Sequence record: OQ992561.1
Strand: one strand, 5' to 3'
Length of the DNA: 64,000 nt
Within the stretch, counting starts at the first letter, position 1. Every line of letters begins with the position of its first letter. Of the stretch, positions 33,310 through 44,500 are shown in pieces. The translations under genes and the position numbers were made by a program. A model generated the notes under the pieces. It was not told the DNA's origin. It was given only the letters and a program-made list of their open reading frames with translations, and ran no database searches.

Positions 33310-33911
33310 TGAACAATCCGTTATCACTCCAAGAACTATCTTTAGCTACTGCACCTACTGAAGATAAAGTAAAAGTACTATTAATGTTTAACCGTACATC
33401 TGAGGTATTCCTACAAAGCGTGGGTTATCTACCTTTAGATGCATTTGATGCTAAGTCACGTGAGCACACTATTTTTGTTGAAGCAGAAATGGGTACTTAT
33501 GATGTGGTCGTAAGTAATACACCTGGTAAACAACCTACACTTTCTGATTGGAAGATTGTTCCTAAAGAAGAAGCACCACAAGTGATTACTGAAGATCACT
33601 TAAATAGTAAAGTAGCTTACAAAATTACTGAACGCTATCCAGTGACTGAGCAAATCAATATCCTTGCACGTGCAATTAAACAGCTAGCTGAAAAATATGG
33701 TCAAGAGTTAGATGAACTAGAAGAAATGCTTGATTATATTGATCTTGTTAAACGAACTAATCGCGCGCATAAGGAGGCCCTAATTGAGAGCCCAGACGTT
33801 ATCTATAAATCCAGGGAAGATCTCGACGCTGAGAAAGCACATCGATATGCAGGTGGCCTGCATGAGCTTATCGGCCCACGAAAGATCGACCAAGGACGTG
33901 TTTTCAGCTGA
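33309..33911 (+). CDS. Probable tail-fibre assembly/chaperone-like protein
   Basis: Start moved to ATG 33309 (TAATG); KITERYPVTEQINIL motif; follows fibre genes. Confidence 0.55.
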   Translation: MNNPLSLQELSLATAPTEDKVKVLLMFNRTSEVFLQSVGYLPLDAFDAKSREHTIFVEAEMGTYDVVVSNTPGKQPTLSDWKIVPKEEAPQVITEDHLNSKVAYKITERYPVTEQINILARAIKQLAEKYGQELDELEEMLDYIDLVKRTNRAHKEALIESPDVIYKSREDLDAEKAHRYAGGLHELIGPRKIDQGRVFS

Positions 33912-34344
33912 ATTTGCAGCTGACCTTGTATCTTATCTGGATACACTAGGAGATTCCTGGTGGTTTAATCGGAAAAAAATTAATAGTATCCCAACCAAAG
34001 GTATCACTGAGTGTGATTATTGGTTTTTAGGGCATAACCAAATGCCAATGGAATTACGGGAATTACTATTTCATATTGCACCTAAGGTAGAAGGCGCTTG
34101 GTTAGGTGAAGTTCTAATCAACCGATATGAAATTGGTACAGGTATGCCTGAACACATCGATCAAGCTGTTTATCGTTACAACATGGTTATTGCATTAAAT
34201 GACAATGGCGATGGTATAACGATAAATGGCGAGTTTTATCAGGATGTGCCAGGTAGGGCTACTATTTTTCCAATCCGTTCAGAGCCACATGAGGTCCCTC
34301 CAGTTAAAAATAAAAGATACGTCCTTATATATCTCTACGAGTAG
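33862..34344 (+). CDS. 2OG-Fe(II) oxygenase
   Basis: NRY..G.GMPEHID (HxD), EPHEV (distal His), KRYVL (Arg); start ATG 33862 inferred from AGGTGG RBS. Confidence 0.75.
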   Translation: MSLSAHERSTKDVFSAEFAADLVSYLDTLGDSWWFNRKKINSIPTKGITECDYWFLGHNQMPMELRELLFHIAPKVEGAWLGEVLINRYEIGTGMPEHIDQAVYRYNMVIALNDNGDGITINGEFYQDVPGRATIFPIRSEPHEVPPVKNKRYVLIYLYE

Positions 34345-34352
34345 GGTACAAC

Positions 34353-34841
34353 ATGGCAATTAAACTTAAGACTCTATCTAAGACAGAACTAAAAACATTA
34401 ACAAAGCTTAAAGGTGAAGTTTCATTTAGAGACTCATATGGCCACCGTATGCGAGTTGGCACTAATGGCCTTAAAGCATGTAGTGTTTATAATACTTCAA
34501 AATGGTTTAATTGGACTGCTAAACAGCGTAAAGAAATTAAACCAATTTTAGGCGAAGAATTATTTAACAAAGCACTGCAAGTATGGTTTTTAGATTTCCC
34601 CAAAATAGATGGATTTCTAGATGAGATGAATTATTGGGTAGATAAACCCGAGTCCGGTACTATTCTTGCTTGGAATATTGGACCTGATGCTAAGTTCATT
34701 TTAGATGGCGAAGAACTATTAATTGGAAAAGGTGAAGGATTAGTATTTCATCTATCCCAATTACATGAAGTAAAACGTTCCCATAATGGACAATCATGGA
34801 TCTGTATAATGGTACGTGGTGCTCCTGAAAAATTTGCTTAA
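34353..34841 (+). CDS. Double-stranded beta-helix (2OG-oxygenase/cupin-like) protein, degenerate metal motif
   Basis: GEGLVFHLSQLHEVKRS...WICIM; no clear HxD. Confidence 0.55.
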   Translation: MAIKLKTLSKTELKTLTKLKGEVSFRDSYGHRMRVGTNGLKACSVYNTSKWFNWTAKQRKEIKPILGEELFNKALQVWFLDFPKIDGFLDEMNYWVDKPESGTILAWNIGPDAKFILDGEELLIGKGEGLVFHLSQLHEVKRSHNGQSWICIMVRGAPEKFA

Positions 34842-34850
34842 CAGCATAAA

Positions 34851-34870
34851 TCCCCTCCATGTGGAGGGGA
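34851..34870 (+). terminator. Terminator-like hairpin
   Basis: TCCCCTCC-ATGT-GGAGGGGA with CATAA flank. Confidence 0.75.
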
Positions 34871-34906
34871 ACTCTTACAAATTTACTCAATAGTACAGTG
34901 TACTAA

Positions 34907-35833
<927 letters not shown>

Positions 35834-35835
35834 AT

Positions 35836-36399
35836 ATGCTTAAGCTTCCAGCGAGTGATGAGCCATTTCGGGTACTAGCATTAGACCCTGGTTCACAAAA
35901 CCTCGGCATAGCTATTCTGGAAGATAAGTTGGATGGAAGTAATAAGGTGGTACGTAATGCATTTACCTGCCACCTTAAAGATACAAATCCGGCATATGCT
36001 GCCATCTCCGAGGTTCATGGTAGTAGATTTACTAGAATGCAGCAAATGAGTGATGTGGTACTAAATATACTACATACTGAAAAACCACATGCAGTTATTG
36101 TAGAGTCTAACTATCTTGGTAAGTTTGCCCAAAGCTTCGCTGTACTTGTAGAATGTGTGACCTATGTACATAGAGCATTATACGAGTATGATAGATTTAT
36201 ACCTTTATACATGATTGATCCTACTACAGTTAAAATCAATGCGGGTATGAAAAAAGTAAAGGGTACTACTAAAGATGATGTTAAAGAAGCAATGCGTTCT
36301 CGTACTGACATCACATGGAACATCGATATAGATAGTCTAGATGACCACTCTATGGATGCTTGTGCGATAGCTTACTACTACCTTACTAGGATTGTTTAA
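35836..36399 (+). CDS. RuvC-like Holliday junction resolvase
   Basis: VLALDPGSQNLG, VIVES, DDHSMDACAIA acidic active-site motifs. Confidence 0.88.
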   Translation: MLKLPASDEPFRVLALDPGSQNLGIAILEDKLDGSNKVVRNAFTCHLKDTNPAYAAISEVHGSRFTRMQQMSDVVLNILHTEKPHAVIVESNYLGKFAQSFAVLVECVTYVHRALYEYDRFIPLYMIDPTTVKINAGMKKVKGTTKDDVKEAMRSRTDITWNIDIDSLDDHSMDACAIAYYYLTRIV

Positions 36400-36414
36400 C
36401 AATTCGAGGTAACA

Positions 36415-36921
36415 ATGTTCCTATTAGCAGGTATACGAAAAATAATTGGTAGCGTGCCATTGCATATATGGTTACTATTAGTTATTCTGATAGGTGCCTT
36501 AATTGGTATCATATATTACAAAAATAGTTATGAGACGGAACTTGTTCGCTCTACAGATTTAATTGGAAAAATTAAATCTTATGAAGCGGCAGAAAAGGTT
36601 AGGATTGAATCAGATCGTATCTCCGATAAAATTCAAGCTGAACTAATTACTAAAAAGAAAGAGATACAAAAAGAGCAGGCGCAATCACGCACTGAGGTGA
36701 TTGATGAGTACATTAGTTTATCAGGTCGTGGATATACTCCACCTGTATGGCCTGAGGTTAAAGCTAAAACAACTAATGGGGAAAGCACCACTACTGAGAT
36801 TAAACATGAAACTGACACAAAAAAAGATAACATTAATAAGTCTATTAATGCTATTGCTAAACGGATGTACGAGCACTACTGTGCCGCCTCCCGTGAAAAT
36901 ACCAGTTGCAATCCCAAGTAG
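36415..36921 (+). CDS. Putative inner-membrane spanin (Rz-like)
   Basis: N-terminal TM helix then coiled-coil; 3' end overlapped by lipoprotein gene. Confidence 0.7.
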   Translation: MFLLAGIRKIIGSVPLHIWLLLVILIGALIGIIYYKNSYETELVRSTDLIGKIKSYEAAEKVRIESDRISDKIQAELITKKKEIQKEQAQSRTEVIDEYISLSGRGYTPPVWPEVKAKTTNGESTTTEIKHETDTKKDNINKSINAIAKRMYEHYCAASRENTSCNPK

Positions 36922-37168
36922 TTTGCTTCTCCCTTGTGATGTAGAAGCCCCACCTACAGCTAATGAGATCATCAATGCATTAGATAGATATAAAGCTGTT
37001 GGGGTTACTGATGAGAATGAAGCACGTTTCTTACTTATGACCGAACATTGGCTTTTACAAACTGATGCACTTGGACTATGTAATATCCAAGTAGACAAAT
37101 TGCGTGAATGGAACGAACGTCAACGTAATTTGGAGAATAGTCATGACCCTAGAGGACGTTCTGATTGA
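36806..37168 (+). CDS. Putative outer-membrane spanin lipoprotein (Rz1-like)
   Basis: MKLTQKKITLISLLMLLLNG-C lipobox; Pro-rich linker PPPVKIPVAIP; overlaps i-spanin in another frame. Confidence 0.75.
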   Translation: MKLTQKKITLISLLMLLLNGCTSTTVPPPVKIPVAIPSSLLLPCDVEAPPTANEIINALDRYKAVGVTDENEARFLLMTEHWLLQTDALGLCNIQVDKLREWNERQRNLENSHDPRGRSD

Positions 37169-37538
37169 GATCGATGGTAATCCTTTATCTTCTTCTAAAG
37201 ACTATGGAAAGAAGATACGTACCTATTTGAATAGTGTATTGGAAAAGGAACAACGTATAAATCTAAGTATAACTGGTGAGGAAGTACTTAGTCTAATTTA
37301 TGCTATTACCGATTCAGATCTTCAATATAAAATTCTCAGCCGGGAAATTGCTGAAGTGAAGGCTAAAGATTCTTACCGTAATGCGGTATTGGTATTAGCT
37401 GGTGGCGTTACTCTTATTGGGGCATCAGTATCTACTATGGTAGTTTTATCTGGTGCACCTATGTCAGAAGAAAGTGCCAATGTGTTAAAGACTATTGTGC
37501 AAGGTACCTTTGAATTAATAAAGATGCTTATGCAATAA
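37143..37538 (+). CDS. Membrane protein, holin candidate
   Basis: Start moved to ATG 37143 (GGAG RBS); hydrophobic AVLVLAGGVTLIGASVSTMVVLSG near C-terminus. Confidence 0.45.
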   Translation: MTLEDVLIEIDGNPLSSSKDYGKKIRTYLNSVLEKEQRINLSITGEEVLSLIYAITDSDLQYKILSREIAEVKAKDSYRNAVLVLAGGVTLIGASVSTMVVLSGAPMSEESANVLKTIVQGTFELIKMLMQ

Positions 37539-37548
37539 AAACTATAAT

Positions 37549-37573
37549 AGCCTTCCTCTTCAAGAGGAAGGCT
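37549..37573 (+). terminator. Intrinsic terminator
   Basis: AGCCTTCCTCT-TCA-AGAGGAAGGCT-TTAT. Confidence 0.85.
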
Positions 37574-37620
37574 TTATAATGCTATGTGGATTAAACATTT
37601 TACCACTATAGAGGTTTGAC

Positions 37621-38154
37621 ATGCAGGATATCTTTCCGTATGACATGGCATCGAGGGACGCGTTAGTAAAACTTGCGCGGGATGATTTAAAAATAAACTT
37701 CAAACCAGAAACAGTTACATTTGAAGATATGTTTTTTAGTCCAACCACGATTGAGCCTGGACGTACATTTATTGAAATGATCGACATTACTACTGGCATT
37801 AAGTACATGTTAACTTACCGTCGGTTAGATTTTGCTGATCCACGTGCTATTGGTGAAGGATCTATTCTTAAGATAGTTGGTACTTTAACACCTAAAGCAA
37901 TTGCTGAAGAAATTAACCGTTCACGAGGTTGGAAGCTTGGACCAGATGATATTTCATTTGATACAACACCAATCAATGCAACTACAGATGTTGTTCCATA
38001 CACGATAGTAGCTATGTCGAGTAGTTATGCTTACTATGGTGAATGTAATATACTAATTCAACGTATTGATGATACGTCAGATACTATCCGACTATTAGAG
38101 AATGGTGCAGCACGTTATCTAGAAAATGGTCAAATCCGTTATCTAGAAAGTTAA
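37621..38154 (+). CDS. Virion structural protein (YxRLD family) with C-terminal RxLENG triple repeat
   Basis: 177 aa; LTYRRLDF; ends RLLENGAARYLENGQIRYLES; gp143 by counting. Confidence 0.8.
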   Translation: MQDIFPYDMASRDALVKLARDDLKINFKPETVTFEDMFFSPTTIEPGRTFIEMIDITTGIKYMLTYRRLDFADPRAIGEGSILKIVGTLTPKAIAEEINRSRGWKLGPDDISFDTTPINATTDVVPYTIVAMSSSYAYYGECNILIQRIDDTSDTIRLLENGAARYLENGQIRYLES

Positions 38155-38176
38155 GTAATACCCTCAATGAACCTAA

Positions 38177-38998
<822 letters not shown>

Positions 38999-39081
38999 GA
39001 TGTAGCAATAGAATGGAGTCTATGGTATCATGTGAAACTTCCCCTCATGATAAACCACATCTTTTGCTAATGTAACTTTTT

Positions 39082-39101
39082 GAGAGTCCTTCGGGACTCT
39101 C
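39082..39101 (+). terminator. Intrinsic terminator
   Basis: GAGAGTCC-TTCG-GGACTCTC-TTATG. Confidence 0.85.
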
Positions 39102-39203
39102 TTATGTTGTTGAAATATTACTCATTGGCAATAGTACATTACTGTATGAGTCTTCTTCGAAAGACTAACATGTTAGTGTTTCTTATACAGCAAGGAAATA
39201 AAA

Positions 39204-41573
39204 ATGGCAAATGCTACAGACAAAGGCAAGATCAGTCAACTGCCGGATCTAGCTACTCTTAATGATAGCGAGTATATTGAATTAATTCATACCGATGCAG
39301 CTGGTCAAGTCGATAACTATAAGTTTCTGCTGTCAAAACTACAGACTGGGGCACCCGGTCTTAGTGCGTACGAGATTGCCGTTAAAAATGGTTTCCAGGG
39401 AACTGAAACCGAATGGCTTGATTCGCTTAAAGGTAAATCTTCTTATCAAATCGCAGTCGATCTAGGCTTCGTTGGTACTGAAGAAGAGTTTATAGCATCC
39501 CTTAAAGGTGATGCTGGTAAGAGTGCATATGAAGTAGCTGTGGAAAATGGTTTCCAAGGTACTGAACAGGAATGGTTAACATCACTGCATGCAACCATGA
39601 CTGCTGAACTACTCCAGACACTCTTAAATCAACAAGGCTATACAGTTAAAGATGTACTGCGTGTAACTGGTAAGAATGGTGGATTATCATCCAACGCTGC
39701 TTTCCATAACTTTGCTTTCCTGTTTGATAAGCGTCTAAATCAAGATGACTTAACTGCTGGTGATAAAGTACCTCAGCGTATGATGGAACAAGGTCGTATG
39801 GAGGCAGAAGGTTATTCTTATCTAAAGAACGCCTCTGCACCCACTACGCAAGGTGCATTACCCGAATTACCTGAGTCTGAAATTCGTATTTATGACAATG
39901 GTGAATTCCAGATTGGTAGTTTAACTGATTACATTGCATTCAAGAATGACGGCAATATCCGTATTGTTGAAGGCGTTGATGAAACAATTGTTGATCTTAA
40001 GAACCTTCCTAAAAACGAAGGTATTAGTGGCGGTGTATTCGTCAAAGATGTACAAGCAACTGATCCCAGTCAGAACGTAGGTAGTATTGTGCGTACCCCT
40101 GATGGACACAGCGTACAGTCATGCCTATCGACTACTAGTAATGTTCGGGTTATCGTTGATGCAATAACTGGACATTCTAGTTATGTACCTAGTGTTAAAA
40201 TCAATAACGTAGATGCAGTTGTAACTCCTGGCGTTAATCCACCTATGTGGATTGCTACCGCCGATATTGATCTTGGTGCACCTACTACTGAAGGTTATGC
40301 TGATATTGTTGTAGAACACGCCGATGGGGCTAAATTCACTACTAAGGTATTAGCCGATACTCCCGCTAATATTACCAGTGCTGTATTTACTGGCGGTTAT
40401 CCGTTAGGTCAAACAGAACTTAAAGAAGATGACCTTGTTGCAATTAAAGTTGTTACTGATGAAAATATAGTAGCATACGAAATTGCTGACTTTGGTGCAC
40501 TGAAAGAAAGTAGTGGTACTGTTGCACCTACTAAAGAACTAGAGGTTACTGGTCTTTACGTAGCTGATCGTGGTAATACTACTAAGGCATATGGTTTCCG
40601 TGTACGTGTTCAGAAATCAACTGGATCATGGTCAGAATGGTTTACTTCCAGTGATGCTGGTTCCGAAGATAAAATTAACACTATGCAGTTAAACGATCTT
40701 CGCCCAGTTGTTAATATTGGTCAAGTAACTTATCCGTCTGGTCAAAGTGCTATTAAAGTAGGTGAAACTGCTACTGTAGCCAATACGGTATCTAATGCTG
40801 ATAGTGTGGTTTATTCCTCACCAAATGATCAGCTTACTATAACCAGTGCAAATGAAGCAGAAATTGCTAAGGTAGTTACTTATAAGTCAGGTACTTATAA
40901 CGACAGCACTAATAACCTATTAATTACTGCTAAACGTGCAGCTAATGGTAGTGTAGCTACAGCTACTGCTGTTGTGGCTATTGCAAATGCGGCACCTACT
41001 GCGACGGTTACCTACCCTGCTGCTCGCCTTCGTTCAGGTGGTAACTTTGGAACCCAAGTACAAAGTCATGTCATTACTTTAACCTCTACTCAGAAACTAA
41101 GTGCAGCTCCGGCCATGAATGCGCCTGGCGGTAAGTGGGCTACTGAGGATTGGAAATCTGATGCCACTGGTAAGGTATGGACACGTGCATTACTAGTACA
41201 TGACGATGATCCTAAAGGAACCTACGATTTTAACAGTGTGGTTCTAAAAGGTTTAGCTGGTGTTGAAGCTAATAGTGTAAATGGTGGTACTTACGTACTA
41301 GGTGGATTTGTATTCCGCACTCTAAGTGTGGCTGCTTGGCCGAACCGTGAAACTGATATTGGTACTGAAGTAACCAATACTGGTAAACTACGTTGCAGTA
41401 ACCTATCTAAAGGTTCTACTGGTAGCTTAAACTTCACTTATAAGGCGGATGATGCAAATCAAGTTGACACCTACACCATCAAGGATGGCAATAAGTGGTA
41501 TAACTGTGACTCAGCAAACGCTGTATCCAACACCACTGGACTGATGAAAATCGAACTTGAGGAAGTAGTATAA
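39204..41573 (+). CDS. Virion fibre protein with KISQLP N-terminal module, SAYEIAV repeats and beta-rich C-terminal domains
   Basis: 789 aa; three (G)KSAYxIAVxNGFxGTExEWLxSL repeats; gp145 by counting. Confidence 0.8.
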   Translation: MANATDKGKISQLPDLATLNDSEYIELIHTDAAGQVDNYKFLLSKLQTGAPGLSAYEIAVKNGFQGTETEWLDSLKGKSSYQIAVDLGFVGTEEEFIASLKGDAGKSAYEVAVENGFQGTEQEWLTSLHATMTAELLQTLLNQQGYTVKDVLRVTGKNGGLSSNAAFHNFAFLFDKRLNQDDLTAGDKVPQRMMEQGRMEAEGYSYLKNASAPTTQGALPELPESEIRIYDNGEFQIGSLTDYIAFKNDGNIRIVEGVDETIVDLKNLPKNEGISGGVFVKDVQATDPSQNVGSIVRTPDGHSVQSCLSTTSNVRVIVDAITGHSSYVPSVKINNVDAVVTPGVNPPMWIATADIDLGAPTTEGYADIVVEHADGAKFTTKVLADTPANITSAVFTGGYPLGQTELKEDDLVAIKVVTDENIVAYEIADFGALKESSGTVAPTKELEVTGLYVADRGNTTKAYGFRVRVQKSTGSWSEWFTSSDAGSEDKINTMQLNDLRPVVNIGQVTYPSGQSAIKVGETATVANTVSNADSVVYSSPNDQLTITSANEAEIAKVVTYKSGTYNDSTNNLLITAKRAANGSVATATAVVAIANAAPTATVTYPAARLRSGGNFGTQVQSHVITLTSTQKLSAAPAMNAPGGKWATEDWKSDATGKVWTRALLVHDDDPKGTYDFNSVVLKGLAGVEANSVNGGTYVLGGFVFRTLSVAAWPNRETDIGTEVTNTGKLRCSNLSKGSTGSLNFTYKADDANQVDTYTIKDGNKWYNCDSANAVSNTTGLMKIELEEVV

Positions 41574-44500
41574 TGGCTTCTGCATTTGAAGATTATGTAA
41601 ACGGGGAACTCCCCAAACGGGTATCATCAATTGATGAACCCACTTCTGTAGTTAATGGACACATCCCGGTTTCTACCGGGGTGGGTCTTAATACCACTTT
41701 CGTTGATCCTGTTACTATACCTGGATTAAAGGGTGAAGATGGTCAGCCGGGTAAAGATGGCGATCAAGGTCCCCCTGGCCCAGTTGGTCCGGCTATTAAC
41801 ATTATCGCTAATGTTGATCTAGCAACATTCGAACAAGATATTAAACCATTAGATACGCATAATGTCGGTGATGCTTGGTTCGTTGAAGATCGGCTATGGG
41901 TATGGGAATCACCGCTAGGTAATGAAGATCCCCCTGTAAAAGGTCGTTGGGTTGAAACAGGTTCACTTCGTGGTCCAGATGGTACTGGTCTGGTTATCCG
42001 TGGTCGTTGGCCTAATAACTTAGAATTACCTAAGACTGAAAGTAATAAACCTGGAGATGCTTACTCATGGAATAATCAACTCTGGGCGTGGATGCTTATC
42101 TCAGGTAATAATCCGCCAGAGAATCCAACTATTGATGACTATGATTGGTTCCCAGTTACACCACAGGGTGAACGTGGACCTGAGGGCCCTGAGGGTCCGC
42201 AAGGTAAAGATGGTGAAATTGGTCCTGAAGGTCCTCAGGGTGAACCAGCAATGCCGTTTACCATTAAGGATTCACTACCATCACCAGCTGATTTACCTGA
42301 TCCATCTGTAGCTAAAGAATCAGAAGCATACTTAGTTACTATGGAAGCTGGTAAACCAGAACATCTATTCATCTTTGTAAAAGGGGCATGGTCAGACCTA
42401 GGTACTTTCCAAGGCCCTGAGGGCCCACAAGGTAAACCAGGTAATACAGGTGATCCGGGTCACGATGGTAAACAAGGTGAACCTGGTCCACAAGGTCGTA
42501 ACTTAGAAGTAGTTAAAGCAGTTGAAACTGCTGATGATCTATTAACCACCACTGGTGTAGAACAATACCAAGGTGTTTCAGTACGTTCCACCAATACGGT
42601 TTATGTACTGACTGGCCAAGATCCGACTGTTGATATCTCATGGACAGCCATGGGTTCATTCCGTGGCCCGCAGGGCCCTGAAGGTCCGCAAGGTGAAGAT
42701 GGCGAACAAGGTCTACCTGGTGAACCAGGGGCACAAGGTAAATCGGCTTTCCAAGTAGCATTGGACAATGGCTTCACTGGTACTGAGGGTGAATGGTTAA
42801 TCAGTCTACATGGTAAGAACGTAGTTATTACTGGTGCTGTTGCCAATGAGGCAGCCCTGCCGGCAGATGCTCCTGATCAGGCAGCGTACTTCACACAAGA
42901 CACATCTACCTTATTTGTTAAGATAGATGGTAATTGGGTAAATAGTGGTACACATCGAGGTCCTAAAGGTGAAGATGGCGCACCTGGTAAAGACGGTGAT
43001 CAGGGACCAGAAGGACCCGAGGGACCAGAAGGCCCACAAGGTCCCGCTGGTGAACCTATCCAGATCATCGCAGCGATTGACACTCCTGAAGATACCCCAC
43101 CAGAAGCACTTGCCGATAACCAATGGAAAGCATATACTGTTAAGTCCACGGGCGAAGTATTTGTTAACATGGACGGTAGTCGCTGGACTAGCATTGGTAT
43201 TATGGCAGGTCCGCAAGGTAAACCGGGTGAAGGTTTAAACATTAAAGGTGTTTTAACCGATGCTTCACAACTACCAAAGAAAGACACTGATCCTGACTTA
43301 GTAACTGGTGATTCATACTGGGTTGAAACTAACGAAGGTACAATGCTCTATACTTACCAAGGTCAGGAAATTGATGGCTATATCGGCCCAATTAATCTAA
43401 ATGGTGAGCAGGGTATCCAGGGTGTCGAAGGCCCACAAGGTCCTGAAGGTAAACAAGGTGGTGGTCTATTAATTATCTATGTTGGTGATGATGCTGGTAA
43501 ACCAGTAGCATCTGCTGATAACGTAGGTAAAGGTATTGCCATTCGCACCAATACTGAAGGACAAGTAGAAGTATTTGTAAGTATCGATACTGAAGGTACA
43601 TTTACTTGGGAAAGCCTAGGTGTCTTAGCCATGGGTCCGCAGGGTCCTGAAGGTCCTGAGGGCAAACAAGGTGTTCCAGGTATCCCTGGTAAAACCGGTC
43701 AGAAAGGTGAACGTGGATCCTCTTGGGTAATTCTACCTGAAGGTCAAACTGCACCCACTTCTATCGATGGTAATCGTGGTGACTGGTGTATCGACAAAAC
43801 TGGTACCGTTTGGTATAAAGATGCTAACTGGGTTGTATTCTACAAATTAATGTCAGTTCCAGTTAGTGAAGTCGATCCAGAAGATGTCGATAAGAAAATG
43901 GTTCGGTACAAACTCGGTTGGACTGAACTACCTGTTGATGAGGTGGTAGATGCTGAAGTAGGTGTCTTCTATGGTCGCCGTAAAGCAACCGCTGACGGGG
44001 CTGTTGAATGGACTGCTATTGAATTACCAACACCTGCCATTGATGCTGTACCTAGTCCAGTTGTTAATGCACAATACGTTCGTAAAGGTATTGCAGGGGG
44101 TGAAACTGAATGGGCTACCATTACATTCCCAGAAATTCCTTCAGATGTAGTACGCGATACTGCACAAGCTACTAAGCCTCAAGGTCGTGTAGCTGGTAAC
44201 TGGGTTGATGTAGCACCTCTGCAAACCGATGATACTCTAATGGGTATGCAAAATGGTGAATGGGTAGCTGTACCAGCCGCAGTTATTGGTGAAGTACCTA
44301 GTGAAGGTGCTAATGGCACTAACTATGTACGTGAGAAAACAGCTAGTGGTTCTAAATGGACACCTGTAACTATTATAGTTGATCAAGCTGATGCTACTAG
44401 TGGACAACTATTCCTACGTAATGCTGCGGCTAAATCATGGACTCTATTCCAAGGGCCGAATAATGATGTAACCGCTGATGGTGATTGGCTACGTAGCCGT

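Noticed and set aside
38999-39070. 23 in-frame open codons after the endolysin stop
   Set aside because: Stop is TAA (not leaky) and the peptide has no motif or match elsewhere in the window; likely chance
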